Assembly: GCA_965228895.1 (NCBI GenBank)
Contig: OZ245842.1
Span: forward strand, 2,240,001 to 2,304,000
Reading direction: 5' to 3'
Source: Alphaproteobacteria bacterium
GTDB lineage: Bacteria > Pseudomonadota > Alphaproteobacteria > SP197
Length of the DNA stretch: 64,000 bases
Of this stretch, positions 11,651 to 22,079 are shown in pieces. A program made the position numbers and the translations under genes. Numbering within the stretch: position 1 is the stretch's first letter; every line of letters starts with the position of its first letter. A model generated the notes under the pieces. It was not told the DNA's origin. It was given only the letters and a program-made list of their open reading frames with translations, and did not search any database.

Positions 11651-12135
11651 GTATCGGTTGTGTCGAGCGCCAGCTTGAGCGCCTCGATAACAGAGCGCCG
11701 CCGAACCTCCGTGCGGCCGATGTCACCGAAATGATGAACCCTGTGTGTCACACCGCCGTCCCGCGCGGCAGCCATGTGCACCAAGCCGGCGGGTTTGGTC
11801 TGGCTGTCGCTACCCGGTCCAGCGACGCCGGTGACGGCGAGGCCAAGGTGTTCGGGCGAGAGCAGGGCGCCCTCGGCCATCGCCCGCGCGACCGGTTCGC
11901 TGACCGCGCCGTGCTCCGTGATCATCGTTTGGGGCACACCGAGCAGCGCCGTCTTGGCAGCGTAGGAATAGGTCACGAAGCCTCGGTCGACGACGTCGGA
12001 CGACCCGGCAATGGCGGTCAGCGCACCGGCGACAAGACCACCGGTACACGATTCCGCGGTTACGATCATCAAACCGCGTTCCCGGCAGCGCTCCAGCGTC
12101 TGGCGCGCGAGATCCAGAATCTCCTGATCAAACAT
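11647..12135 (-). CDS. cinA: CinA C-terminal domain protein (nicotinamide-nucleotide amidase family)
   Basis: 'TAESCTGGLVAGALT.IAGSS', 'GAVSEPVARAMAEG', 'AVTGVAGPG'. Confidence 0.93.
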   Translation of the reverse strand: MFDQEILDLARQTLERCRERGLMIVTAESCTGGLVAGALTAIAGSSDVVDRGFVTYSYAAKTALLGVPQTMITEHGAVSEPVARAMAEGALLSPEHLGLAVTGVAGPGSDSQTKPAGLVHMAAARDGGVTHRVHHFGDIGRTEVRRRSVIEALKLALDTTDT

Positions 12136-12652
12136 AGGTCCGCATTAAGTATGCCACGATCCAGACCGAAACGGCTGCGAACAGACCAGCCAAGATATCG
12201 TCAGCCATAACGCCCCAGGCGCCCGGCGTCCGCCGTTCGACCCAGCTAATCGGCCATGGCTTGAAGATGTCGAACACACGGAAGAAGGCAAAGCCAAGGA
12301 CAAACAGAAAAGGGCTGACCGCTGCTGTCGTCAGGGCCAAGAGCTGGCCCGCGACCTCATCAATGACGATGGACGGCTGGTCGTCGGTTTCCGCATCGTC
12401 CGACATCTGTTTGATCATGCGATGGCTGGCCCAAAGCCCGGCGACAAACGCCACCACCGCACCGGCAAAGACCAGGTAAGTGCCGCCGACAACGGCGAGC
12501 ACGAACCCGATCGGCACCGCCGCCATCGAACCCCATGTTCCCGGCGCCGGCCGGATCAGTCCGACATGAAACCATGTCGCGATATGCGTCGACAGCGCAT
12601 TGCGATCGACACCGGCGGGCAGCGTGGCGCGGCGCTTCGGCTTTTCGGTCAT
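12128..12652 (-). CDS. pgpA: Phosphatidylglycerophosphatase A
   Basis: 'PAPGTWGS', 'IVIDEVAGQ', 'FRVFDIFKPWPI', 'GVMADDILAG'. ATG at 12652 overlaps the ispDF stop. Confidence 0.95.
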   Translation of the reverse strand: MTEKPKRRATLPAGVDRNALSTHIATWFHVGLIRPAPGTWGSMAAVPIGFVLAVVGGTYLVFAGAVVAFVAGLWASHRMIKQMSDDAETDDQPSIVIDEVAGQLLALTTAAVSPFLFVLGFAFFRVFDIFKPWPISWVERRTPGAWGVMADDILAGLFAAVSVWIVAYLMRTYV

Positions 12653-13800
12653 GGCGCCGGCATGTCCAGCGTAACGACGGCGTTGCCGGCGATGCCTTCG
12701 CCGCGCCCGGCAAAGCCAAGCCCGTCTGTTGAGGTCACCTTCACGTTGATGCGTGCCGGCGCGGATTCCAACAGGCTGGCGACCCGGTCGCGCATGGCCG
12801 GCTGATGGCGTGCCAGACGTGGCCGTTCGCAGATTAAGGTGATGTCGACGTTGATCAGGCGAGCGTTGCGCTCCTTCATCATCGCAACCGCGACGGCTAC
12901 CAGATCGCTCGACGGACGGCCATGCCATGTGGTGTCACTCGGCGGAAAGTGCGTGCCGAGATCGCCGGTGCCGAGCGCGCCGAAGATCGCATCGACAAGC
13001 ACATGCAGGCCGACATCGGCGTCCGTGTTGCCGGCGAGCCCGCGGTCGTGGGGCACCTCGATGCCGCATAGCGTGACATGGTCGCCGTCCGTGAAGGCAT
13101 GAACATCAAAACCTTGGCCGGTTCTCGTTTCGCGTCGCCCAAGTGCCGCGCGGGCGCGTTCAAGGTCGCTCGGCGTAGTGATTTTTGCGTTTTCTACAGC
13201 GCCCTCGACCATGCGTACGGTCATGCCGGCGGCCTCGGCAACCGCCGCATCGTCGGTCAGTGCTTTTCCTTGCGCTTGGCGGTGCGCCTGCAGGATGGCG
13301 TCGAAATGGAATCCCTGTGGCGTCTGGGCAGCCCAAAGCCCGTCTCGCGGTTCTGTCGTGACGACAAGACCGCCTTCACACCGTTTCAGCGTGTCGGACA
13401 CCGCGAGGCCGGGCAGGACGGCTTGATCGCTTGCAAGGCGATCGACAACCCGCTGAATCAGGTCTCCCGGCACAAACGGGCGGGCGGCGTCATGAATCAG
13501 GACGTTATCGGGTGCGTCATCGACAAGCGCTTCAAGGCCGGCCGCGACGGATGCTTGGCGGCTATCACCCCCGTGGATGGGTGGCGCAAGGTCGAAACCC
13601 TTGATCGCATCGTCGTAGTGGCTGCGCCGGTCGGGATCGATCACGATGCGAACGCCGTCGATCGCGGGATGCTGGTGGAAGGCGCCCAGCGTCCAGGCGA
13701 GAAGCGGCCGGCCGGCGACGTCGGCGTACTGTTTCGGCAAATCGGATCCCACCCGTTCGCCACGGCCGGCGGCGACGATCAGGGCAACGGTAGACGGCAT
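12649..13800 (-). CDS. ispDF: Bifunctional IspD/IspF (MEP pathway)
   Basis: IspD motifs 'AAGRGER...PKQY', 'LIHDAARPF', 'AQTPQGF', 'TDDA'; IspF motifs 'GQGFDVHAF', 'DADVGLH', 'GRGEGIA'. Confidence 0.96.
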   Translation of the reverse strand: MPSTVALIVAAGRGERVGSDLPKQYADVAGRPLLAWTLGAFHQHPAIDGVRIVIDPDRRSHYDDAIKGFDLAPPIHGGDSRQASVAAGLEALVDDAPDNVLIHDAARPFVPGDLIQRVVDRLASDQAVLPGLAVSDTLKRCEGGLVVTTEPRDGLWAAQTPQGFHFDAILQAHRQAQGKALTDDAAVAEAAGMTVRMVEGAVENAKITTPSDLERARAALGRRETRTGQGFDVHAFTDGDHVTLCGIEVPHDRGLAGNTDADVGLHVLVDAIFGALGTGDLGTHFPPSDTTWHGRPSSDLVAVAVAMMKERNARLINVDITLICERPRLARHQPAMRDRVASLLESAPARINVKVTSTDGLGFAGRGEGIAGNAVVTLDMPAP

Positions 13801-13930
13801 GGCGGCGCTATGGCGATTGATGAACGGAGCCCGGAGACTTTAGGCCAAGGTCCAGATGGCGTCGATGGAAACGCATCCACGGAACGGCTAAGCGGTTCAC
13901 CCCCGCCACGATCCGCTCTAGGTTGCCGCC

Positions 13931-14731
13931 ATGACAACGTTCACCGTCTATAACCTCGTGGCGCTGGCGTCGCTGCTGTCGGCCGCGTTGGTGCCATGGC
14001 GCCGCAGCGCCGGGCCGGATATCTGCTTTTGGTCGGCGCTTGGCCTGGCCTTGCTGGTCTGTGCGGCCTGGGCCGTCTTCCAGGTCGAACCGGCCTGGAG
14101 CGCGGGGTTTGCCACGGCGCTGTGGCTGACCATCGCGGCGACGTTGTTTGCGTTCGTGATCCTGGTTCTGCTGGTCCATGAAGCCTGGCGTCTGGCGCCG
14201 CTCCTGATGCCCTATCTCTTGCTGTTGGGGCTGTTGGCGACCTTGTGGAGCCAGACGGCTTCCGCCTCAGTGCCATCGGAGACGCCATTTGGCTGGTTTG
14301 CCGTCCATGTCGCGGTTTCGCTGGCGACCTATGTGTTGGTGACCTTGGCGGCAGTCGCAGGCGCGGCGGTTCTGGTCCAGGAACGGGCGCTCAAACGCCG
14401 GGCGCCCGGCCGTGTCAGCCGCAGTTTGCCGTCGATTGCCGATGCCGAACGCCTGGAGCATCGTCTGCTGGTCGCCGCAGAGATCATTTTGGGCCTGGGG
14501 ATCGTGACGGGCATGGCCGCCCAGTTCGCCGCCGATGGCAGCCTGATCAATATCGACCACAAGACCACCTTTGCGCTTGCCGCCTTTGTGGTGTTGGGCG
14601 GTCTTTTGATCGCCCAGCGGCTTTGGGGGCTCAGAGGACGCCGGGCGGCGCGGTACGTGCTGGTCGTCTATCTGCTGCTCACTTTGGCCTATCCGGGCGT
14701 GAAGTTTGTGACCGACGTCGTCATGGCCTAG
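13931..14731 (+). CDS. Cytochrome c assembly family (CcsA/YpjD-like) inner-membrane protein
   Basis: About 8 TM segments, His-containing motifs 'WFAVHVAVSL' and 'IDHKTTFA', C-terminal 'GLRGRRAA...LLLTLAYPGVKFV'. Confidence 0.8.
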   Translation: MTTFTVYNLVALASLLSAALVPWRRSAGPDICFWSALGLALLVCAAWAVFQVEPAWSAGFATALWLTIAATLFAFVILVLLVHEAWRLAPLLMPYLLLLGLLATLWSQTASASVPSETPFGWFAVHVAVSLATYVLVTLAAVAGAAVLVQERALKRRAPGRVSRSLPSIADAERLEHRLLVAAEIILGLGIVTGMAAQFAADGSLINIDHKTTFALAAFVVLGGLLIAQRLWGLRGRRAARYVLVVYLLLTLAYPGVKFVTDVVMA

Positions 14732-14769
14732 CGGTCGCCCGTGTCCGGCCCGGGCACGGTGTAGGACAT

Positions 14770-14798
14770 TTGCCATACCGCTGGTCGACCGCTATAAC
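14770..14798 (+). promoter_or_regulatory. Sigma70-type promoter of the dusB-ntrBC operon
   Basis: TTGCCA (14770-14775), 17-nt spacer, TATAAC (14793-14798), about 40 nt upstream of the dusB ATG. Confidence 0.7.
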
Positions 14799-14799
14799 C

Positions 14800-14844
14800 T
14801 GCCCAAGTTTTAGGCAGGCAACCGTCTTGCACGAAAAATGAGCA
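14800..14844. promoter_or_regulatory. Two NtrC-type binding sites (autoregulation of dusB-ntrBC)
   Basis: TGCCCAAGTTTTAGGCA (14800-14816) and TGCACGAAAAATGAGCA (14828-14844) both fit TGC-N11-GCA with an AT-rich core. They overlap the predicted transcription start and the ATG. Confidence 0.75.
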
Positions 14845-15827
14845 TTCGCATTGGTTCGTTGACGCTGGATAACCCGGTCCTGCTGGCACCCATGTCAGGG
14901 ATCACGGACAAGCCGTTTCGCCGCCTGGCCCGTCGTTTGGGTGCCGGTTTGGTGGTATCGGAAATGGTCGTGAGCCATGAGCTGATTAGCGGCTCGCGGG
15001 AAGGTCTGCGGCGCATCGATCACGATGGCGAGGCCGAAGCGCCGGTCGTCATCCAGCTTGCGGGCAACGACGCCGGGCTGATGGCTGAAGGCGCGCGGAT
15101 TGCGGCCGACAAAGGCGCTGCGGTCATCGATATCAACATGGGCTGTCCGGCCAAGAAGGTATGCGGTGGTTTCGCTGGTTCAGCACTCATGAAAGACATG
15201 AAAAAGGCGACGGATATCATTGAAAAGACTGTAGAAGCCGTCGATGTTCCTGTGACTCTCAAGATGCGTGCAGGCTGGGATGACAGCAACCGCAACGCGC
15301 CCAACCTGGCGCGCGCCGCCGAAGATCTGGGGGTCGCCATGGTGACGGTTCATGGCCGCACACGCTGTCAGTTTTACAAAGGGCGCGCGGACTGGCGTTT
15401 TATCGGCGAGGTCAAGGATGCCGTTCGTGTTCCGGTCGTGGCAAATGGCGACGTGACAGGCTTTGCTGCGGCAGGCGCCATCAAGGCCCAGTCTGGCGCC
15501 GATGGCATCATGGTCGGGCGTGCGTGCTATGGCCGGCCCTGGCTGCCGGGCCTTTTGGCGGCTTTTCTGGCAACCGGCGAAAAGCCCGCCGAACCGGATC
15601 TCGACGAGCGCCGGGCCATCGTACTGGAGCACTTTGACGGCATGATCGCCCATCACGGGCCGCTCTATGGGGTCCGTTGTTTTCGCAAACACTTTGCCTG
15701 GTATGCCGACGACCTGCCCGATGGCGCGATGTGGCGCGCGAAGGTCAATCGCCAGGACGACGAACATGCTGTCCGGCAGACCATTGCCGAGATCTTCGAT
15801 ACGGCGCAAGAGCGCCTGGCCGCATGA
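14838..15827 (+). CDS. dusB: tRNA-dihydrouridine synthase DusB (NifR3)
   Basis: 'LAPMSGITD.PFR', 'IDINMGCPAKKV', 'VHGRTRCQ', 'ANGDV', 'GRACYGRPW'. Confidence 0.97.
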   Translation: MSIRIGSLTLDNPVLLAPMSGITDKPFRRLARRLGAGLVVSEMVVSHELISGSREGLRRIDHDGEAEAPVVIQLAGNDAGLMAEGARIAADKGAAVIDINMGCPAKKVCGGFAGSALMKDMKKATDIIEKTVEAVDVPVTLKMRAGWDDSNRNAPNLARAAEDLGVAMVTVHGRTRCQFYKGRADWRFIGEVKDAVRVPVVANGDVTGFAAAGAIKAQSGADGIMVGRACYGRPWLPGLLAAFLATGEKPAEPDLDERRAIVLEHFDGMIAHHGPLYGVRCFRKHFAWYADDLPDGAMWRAKVNRQDDEHAVRQTIAEIFDTAQERLAA

Positions 15828-16930
15828 ACATCCTGCAGGCACGCCTTCAGTCACGGACGGAGCCGCATGTCGGCCACGACGCGCTTTTGGAACTGGTGCC
15901 TGACGCGCTGGTGGCGGTCGACGGCACGGATGTCATCTGTTTTGCGAATAGCGCCGCAGAACAGTTCTTCGGCGTCAGCCGGCGCCAGCTCCATGGTGCG
16001 ACGCTGGCCGGGATCTTGGACTCCGACGCACCGGTTCTTCTGATGGCAGCGACGGCGCGCGAGCAGCGCGGCATTGTCAGCGAGCGCGAAATGCGGGTAA
16101 CCGCGCGTAACGGCAAGCTCCGTGAGGTCTGCGATGTCCAATGCGCAGCCGATCCCCACGGCAGCGGCCTTGTACTGATCACCTTCAGGCCACGGCTTCT
16201 TTCCGATCAACTGCGCCGGCACAGCCACACACGGGGCGCCGTACGGTCCGTCGCTGGCCTGGCGGCATCCCTGGCGCATGAGGTCAAGAACCCGTTGTCA
16301 GGCATTCGCGGCGCCGCGCAGCTCCTGGAGCGCAATGTCGACGAGGCCGACCAAAGCCTGACGCGTTTGATTGCCGAGGAAGTGGATCGGATCTGCGGCC
16401 TGCTCGACCGCATGGAGGTGTTTTCGGAGAAACACCCGATGCCGCGGCGCGCGGTGAACATGCACGAGGTTCTCGATCATGTCGCTCAGCTTGCGCGCGC
16501 TGGCTTCGCCCAAAATTGCACTATCGTCGAAGACTATGACCCGTCGTTGCCTGCCGTCATGGCCAACCGTGACGCCATGATCCAGGTCGTTTTGAATCTG
16601 GTGAAGAACGCCGTTGATGCCGGTGCAGACACCGTTCGTCTGCAGACGGCGTATGGCACAAGTCTGCGCGCGGGCGAGGGCGCGGCCAGCGGCGGCGCAC
16701 TGCTGCCGTTCACCCTGAATGTCGAGGATGACGGGCCGGGCATCGCCAAAGATGTCGCCGAACACGTTTTCGAGCCTTTTGTCACCAGCCGCGTCGATGG
16801 CTCCGGGCTGGGGTTGGCGCTGGTCGCCAAGATCGTTGACGATCACGGCGGTCTGGTCACATTCGAGTCCGAACCTGGAGATACCTGCTTCACGATCGCT
16901 TTGCCGCTGGCGCCGGCGGAGGAGGCCTGA
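15824..16930 (+). CDS. ntrB: Nitrogen regulation sensor histidine kinase NtrB
   Basis: PAS domain, H-box '[19 protein letters not shown]', 'DYDPSLP', G-boxes 'DDGPGI' and 'GSGLGL'; ATGA overlap with dusB. Confidence 0.95.
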   Translation: MNILQARLQSRTEPHVGHDALLELVPDALVAVDGTDVICFANSAAEQFFGVSRRQLHGATLAGILDSDAPVLLMAATAREQRGIVSEREMRVTARNGKLREVCDVQCAADPHGSGLVLITFRPRLLSDQLRRHSHTRGAVRSVAGLAASLAHEVKNPLSGIRGAAQLLERNVDEADQSLTRLIAEEVDRICGLLDRMEVFSEKHPMPRRAVNMHEVLDHVAQLARAGFAQNCTIVEDYDPSLPAVMANRDAMIQVVLNLVKNAVDAGADTVRLQTAYGTSLRAGEGAASGGALLPFTLNVEDDGPGIAKDVAEHVFEPFVTSRVDGSGLGLALVAKIVDDHGGLVTFESEPGDTCFTIALPLAPAEEA

Positions 16931-18375
16931 TGGCCGAGAGCACCACCATCCTGGTGGCTGACGATGATCGGGCGATGCGTGCGGTCCTGGTCCATGCGCT
17001 CGAACGCGAAGGTCATAACGTGCGGGCAACCGACAAGGCCGAGACCCTGTCGGACTGGGTCGCCGCCGGCGACGGCGATCTCGTGATTACCGATGTGGTG
17101 ATGCCGGACGGCAATGGGCTCGACTTGCTGCCGCGTATGCGCCAGCGCCGGCCCGAGCTGCCGGTGATCGTCATGAGCGCCCACGCGACACTTTTGACGG
17201 CGGTCAAGGCAGCGCGTAGCGGTGCTTATGACTATCTGGCCAAGCCGTTCGACCTAGACAAGCTGATGACGCTGGTCGGGCGCGCCCTGACGGCCTCGGA
17301 GCCGTCGGGTGCGGATGTCGTCGAGGACGGTGATGCGCCGCTTCTGGTCGGCAACTCGCCGGCGATGCAGGAGATCTATCGCGCTATCGGTCGTCTGGCG
17401 ATGACCGACCTGACCGTCACCATCGTCGGCGAGTCCGGTTCGGGCAAGGAACTGGTCGCCCGCGCGCTGCACGAATACGGCAACCGCCGCGATGGACCAT
17501 TCGTTGCCGTCAATGTGGCGGCGATCCCGCGCGATCTGATCGAAAGCGAGTTGTTCGGGCATGCGCGTGGTGCGTTCACCGGCGCCCATACCCGCCGCCA
17601 GGGCCGGTTTGAGCAGGCACAGGGCGGGACCCTGTTTTTGGACGAGATCGGCGATATGCCGGCCGATGCCCAGACCCGGCTGCTGCGGGTGCTTCAGGAA
17701 GGCGAGTTTAGCGCTGTCGGCAGCCAGACGCCGGTTCATAGCGATGTCCGGGTCATCGCGGCAACCCATCGGGACCTGAGGCAACTGATCGATCAGGGCC
17801 TGTTTCGTGAGGATCTTTACTACCGTCTGAACGTTGTCCCGTTGCGTTTGCCGCCACTGCGTGAGCGCCGCCAGGACATTCCGGTTCTGGCGCGCCACTT
17901 CCTGAAGACGGCCATGGACAGCGGTTTGCCGCGCAAGACATTCGACGAAGACGCCATCGACGCTCTGGTCGCCCATAGCTGGCCCGGCAATGTCCGCGAG
18001 CTCGAAAACGTCATTCGTCGTCTCGCCGTTCTGGTCGCCGACGACACCATCGGCGCGCCGGACATACAGGCCCAGTTGGAGGACGCGTCGGCGCCGAAGT
18101 CGGCAGCGTCGGCCAACGGCCTCTCAGAGAGTGTCGAACAGCATTTGCAGACCTATTTCGATGCCCATGGCGACGGCCTGCCGACCGCCGGTCTTTATGA
18201 CCGGATCCTGCGGGAGGTCGAGCGGCCGCTGATCATGCTGACCTTGGCAGCGACAAACGGCAACCAACTGCGCGCCGCCGATGTTCTCGGCATCAACCGC
18301 AACACGCTGCGCAAGAAGATCCGCGACCTCGACATCACGGTGGCGCGCGGGCACGGGGGCCAGGATGGCCGATAG
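16930..18375 (+). CDS. ntrC: Nitrogen regulation response regulator NtrC (sigma54 activator)
   Basis: Receiver domain 'DVVMPD', Walker A 'GESGSGKE', 'GAFTGA', Walker B 'FLDEIGDM', Fis-type HTH '[20 protein letters not shown]'. Confidence 0.97.
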   Translation: MAESTTILVADDDRAMRAVLVHALEREGHNVRATDKAETLSDWVAAGDGDLVITDVVMPDGNGLDLLPRMRQRRPELPVIVMSAHATLLTAVKAARSGAYDYLAKPFDLDKLMTLVGRALTASEPSGADVVEDGDAPLLVGNSPAMQEIYRAIGRLAMTDLTVTIVGESGSGKELVARALHEYGNRRDGPFVAVNVAAIPRDLIESELFGHARGAFTGAHTRRQGRFEQAQGGTLFLDEIGDMPADAQTRLLRVLQEGEFSAVGSQTPVHSDVRVIAATHRDLRQLIDQGLFREDLYYRLNVVPLRLPPLRERRQDIPVLARHFLKTAMDSGLPRKTFDEDAIDALVAHSWPGNVRELENVIRRLAVLVADDTIGAPDIQAQLEDASAPKSAASANGLSESVEQHLQTYFDAHGDGLPTAGLYDRILREVERPLIMLTLAATNGNQLRAADVLGINRNTLRKKIRDLDITVARGHGGQDGR

Positions 18376-20662
18376 CGCGGCGCGGGAGCCAAGGCGGTCG
18401 TTCCTGGTGACACCCTGGCTGTGGGTTCGCCGTCAGGCACTGACCGGGCGTCTGGCTTTTGCCTTGGTCATCGCCGCGGTCATCTCCGGTTTTGCGACCT
18501 ATGGCGCTTTGACCCAATCGGGACCGTTCGGGCCCGACATCGAGACCGTCATCATCCTGCTGAACATCGATCTGGTCATCCTGCTGTTGCTGGGTGTGGT
18601 CGTGGCGCGCCGACTGGTCGCGCTGTGGGCGGAGCGGCGGCGCGGCAGCGCTGGCTCGAAACTTCATTCGCGTCTGGTCGCGATGTTTTCGATCGCCGCC
18701 ATCACACCGGCGATCCTGGTCGGTGTCTTCTCCGCGCTGTTCTTCACCTTGGGGCTGGAGGCGTGGTTCAGCGAGCGGGTCAAAACGGCGCTGGACGATT
18801 CCCTTGAGGTCGCGGAGGCCTATTCCGAAGAGCATCGCGGCAACATCCGTGCGCATGTGCTTGCCATGGCTCGTGACCTCGACCTGGCCGGTCCCAATGT
18901 CTTGTGGGATCAGCGCCAACTCAGCTTCTTTCTCGATGCGCAGGCGGCGCTCCGGGAACTCTCCGAAGCGGTTGTCGTGCGTGGCGATGGTCGGGTCCTC
19001 GGGCAAACCCGGCTTAGTTTTTCGCTGGCACTTCAGCCACTCGACAGCGAACTGGTCGACCTCGTTTCGCCGAACGAGGTCGTGATCATGACCAGCGACA
19101 GTGGTGACCGGGTGCGCGCCCTAACCGAACTGGACGCCCTGCCGGATACGTACCTGGTCGTTGGGCGGCTCGTCGATCCACGTGTGACCCGTCACATCGA
19201 CGAGGTTATTCAGGCGGTCGGTGAGTTTCAGGTGCTGGAGGGGCGCCGGTCTGATCTGCAGATCGTGTTTGCCCTGGTCTATGTCGTGTCAGCGCTGCTG
19301 CTGCTGTTTGCGGCGATATGGTTCGCGCTTAACTTCGCGACCCGTCTGGTTCGCCCGGTCATCGCCTTGGTCGCGGCTGCCGAGCGGGTGCGTGCCGGCG
19401 ATTTGACCGCGCGGGTCCCGGATGCCGGCGCGTCCGACGAGTTGGGGACCCTGAGCCGTGCCTTCAACCGTATGACCGGACAGTTATCGGCCCAGCGGCG
19501 CGATCTAATCGAGGCCAACCGCCAAATTGATTCCAGGCGGCGGTTCACCGAATCCGTGCTGTCAGGCGTTAGTGCCGGCGTCATTGGCCTGGATGCAGAC
19601 GGCAACATCGAACTCCCCAACCGGTCGTCGATAGACCTTCTGGGCCTCTCTCCCGACGACATAATCGGACGTCCGCTACAGGAGGAACTGCCCGAGGTGG
19701 CCGGCCTGCTTGACGCGGTCATGCGCGATCATCTCTCGCGCGTGGATGGCGATGTCGAAATCGAGCGCCACGGCATGACGCGCAATCTGACTGTCCGGAT
19801 CACGGCGGAATCGACCATCGACCAGGCCGGAGAGCGGGGCACACAAGAAGTCGAACGGATGGGTTACGTCGTCACCTTCGACGATATCACCCCGTTGATC
19901 GCCGCGCAGCGTAAGGCAGCGTGGGCCGATGTCGCGCGCCGGATCGCGCATGAGATCAAAAACCCGCTTACGCCCATCCAGTTGTCGGCTGAACGGCTGA
20001 AGCGCAAGTACATGAGCGAGGTTCGCACCGACCCCGATGTCTTCGCCGCTTGCACCGATACCATCGTTCGCCAGGTCGGCGATCTCCGGCACATCGTCAA
20101 CGAGTTCTCGAACTTTGCGCGCATGCCGGCGCCGGAGTTCGCGTCGGAAGACATGGTTCAACTGATTGACCGTGCTGTGACGCTGCAGGAAGTCGGTGAC
20201 ACCGGCATCACGTTTGTGAGACAGCTGCCGGACGAACCGGTTGCAGTGCAATGCGATGCCCGCCAATTTGGTCAGGTCTTCAACAACTTGATCCAGAATG
20301 CGATCGACGCGATCGACTCGCGTCAGGCAAAAGATCCGGCTGCGCCGGCTGGTAAGATCAGGGTCAAGGTTGCCGAAGACAACGACCACTGTATCATCGA
20401 GGTCCACGACAACGGTCGGGGTTTGCCTGCCGGGTCGCGCGACAAACTGTTTGAGCCTTATGTGACACACCGAGACAAAGGTACCGGACTGGGATTGGCG
20501 ATCGCCCAACGCATTGTTGCCGAACATGGCGGCACGTTGACGCTTGGCGACAGTCCCGATGGTGGTGCGTGCGCGCGAATCAGTCTCTTGCTCCAGCGCG
20601 GCGACGCTCAGTCATCGACCCATGGCAATGCGCCACGAAAGGTAGCCGGTCATGGCGCATGA
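18365..20662 (+). CDS. ntrY: Sensor histidine kinase NtrY
   Basis: TM segments, HAMP, PAS, '[27 protein letters not shown]', 'GTGLGLAI'. Confidence 0.96.
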   Translation: MADSAAREPRRSFLVTPWLWVRRQALTGRLAFALVIAAVISGFATYGALTQSGPFGPDIETVIILLNIDLVILLLLGVVVARRLVALWAERRRGSAGSKLHSRLVAMFSIAAITPAILVGVFSALFFTLGLEAWFSERVKTALDDSLEVAEAYSEEHRGNIRAHVLAMARDLDLAGPNVLWDQRQLSFFLDAQAALRELSEAVVVRGDGRVLGQTRLSFSLALQPLDSELVDLVSPNEVVIMTSDSGDRVRALTELDALPDTYLVVGRLVDPRVTRHIDEVIQAVGEFQVLEGRRSDLQIVFALVYVVSALLLLFAAIWFALNFATRLVRPVIALVAAAERVRAGDLTARVPDAGASDELGTLSRAFNRMTGQLSAQRRDLIEANRQIDSRRRFTESVLSGVSAGVIGLDADGNIELPNRSSIDLLGLSPDDIIGRPLQEELPEVAGLLDAVMRDHLSRVDGDVEIERHGMTRNLTVRITAESTIDQAGERGTQEVERMGYVVTFDDITPLIAAQRKAAWADVARRIAHEIKNPLTPIQLSAERLKRKYMSEVRTDPDVFAACTDTIVRQVGDLRHIVNEFSNFARMPAPEFASEDMVQLIDRAVTLQEVGDTGITFVRQLPDEPVAVQCDARQFGQVFNNLIQNAIDAIDSRQAKDPAAPAGKIRVKVAEDNDHCIIEVHDNGRGLPAGSRDKLFEPYVTHRDKGTGLGLAIAQRIVAEHGGTLTLGDSPDGGACARISLLLQRGDAQSSTHGNAPRKVAGHGA

Positions 20663-22064
20663 CATTTTGATCGTCGACGACGAGGCCGACATCCGCACTG
20701 CGCTGGGCGGCCTGTTGGATGACGAGGGATTGGTCACGCGCGGCGCTGCCGACAGCACGTCGGCGCTGGAGGCCCTTGCGGCCCGACGCCCTTCGCTGCT
20801 GATCCTCGACATCTGGCTGCAAGGCAGCGAGATGGACGGGCTGGAGTTGCTCGACGTCGTGGTCGAGGAGTATCCGGGTCTGCCGGTCATCATGATCAGC
20901 GGTCATGGCAATATCGAAACGGCTGTCTCGGCTATCAAAAAGGGTGCCTATGACTTCATCGAGAAACCGTTTCAGGTCGACCGGCTACTGTTGGTGGTCG
21001 AGCGGGCCATTGAAGCGGCCAGGCTGAAGCGGGAAGTCGCCGAGCTGCGCCAGCGCGCGGGTACCGAGTACGAACTGGTTGGCGATTCCGGTGAACTCAA
21101 TCAGGTGCGCGCGGCTGTTAAACGTGTTGCGCCGACCGGCAGCCGGGTCTTGATCACCGGGCCAGCCGGGTCCGGCAAAGAAGTGGTCGCGCGGCTGTTG
21201 CACCGCCAATCGACCCGTTGCGATGGTCCATTCGTTGTCATCAATGCGGCGACCATGGCACCGGACCGCATGGAGATGGAGCTGTTCGGGGTCGAGCAGG
21301 GCGCCCTTGGCGCGGATTCGCCGAGCACGACCGGCACCTTCGAAACGGCCCATGGCGGGACCTTGTTCCTGGATCAAGTGTCCGACATGCCGTTGGAGAC
21401 CCAGGGCAAAATCCTTCGTGTCCTCCAGGAGCAGACCTTCGTGCGGGTCGGCGGCAGCGCGCCAGTCGAGGTTGATGTCCGCGTCATCGCCGCATCCAAT
21501 CGGGACCTGACGGCTGAGATCACGGCCGGGACGTTTCGCGAGGACCTCTACTACCGCCTTAACGTCGTGCCTCTTCGTGTGCCGGCCTTGACCGAACGGC
21601 GCGAGGATATCCCCCACCTTGCCCGCTACTTTCTCGAACGCGCGGCCGAAAGCCACGGGTTGCCGGTGCGTGAGATTTCCGAAGACGCGATGGCCGCTTT
21701 GCGGGCTGCGGATTGGCCAGGCAATGTGCGGCAATTGCGCAATGTGATGGATTGGCTCTTGATCATGGCGCCGGAAGACGAGCGCGGCCGAATCACCGCC
21801 GACATGCTGCCGCCGGAAATCGCTGCCGGATCGCCATTGCCGGTGCGCACCGAAGAAGACGCCGAATTGATGACCATGCCGCTGCGCGAGGCGCGTGAGG
21901 TGTTTGAGCGGCAATACCTGAACGCTCAGCTTGTACGCTTTGGCGGCAATATCTCGCGGACCGCGACCTTTGTCGGCATGGAGCGGTCGGCTTTGCACCG
22001 GAAACTCAAGGCGCTTGGCGTCGGTGAGGAGCCGCGTGCCGTGGCTCAGTCGAACCGCGCCTGA
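20652..22064 (+). CDS. ntrX: Response regulator NtrX
   Basis: 'LDIWLQGSEMDGL', 'SGHGNIETAV', AAA+ domain without GAFTGA, C-terminal 'GNISRTATFVGMERSALHRKLK'. Confidence 0.96.
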   Translation: MAHDILIVDDEADIRTALGGLLDDEGLVTRGAADSTSALEALAARRPSLLILDIWLQGSEMDGLELLDVVVEEYPGLPVIMISGHGNIETAVSAIKKGAYDFIEKPFQVDRLLLVVERAIEAARLKREVAELRQRAGTEYELVGDSGELNQVRAAVKRVAPTGSRVLITGPAGSGKEVVARLLHRQSTRCDGPFVVINAATMAPDRMEMELFGVEQGALGADSPSTTGTFETAHGGTLFLDQVSDMPLETQGKILRVLQEQTFVRVGGSAPVEVDVRVIAASNRDLTAEITAGTFREDLYYRLNVVPLRVPALTERREDIPHLARYFLERAAESHGLPVREISEDAMAALRAADWPGNVRQLRNVMDWLLIMAPEDERGRITADMLPPEIAAGSPLPVRTEEDAELMTMPLREAREVFERQYLNAQLVRFGGNISRTATFVGMERSALHRKLKALGVGEEPRAVAQSNRA

Positions 22065-22079
22065 GAGTAGGCAACGACC

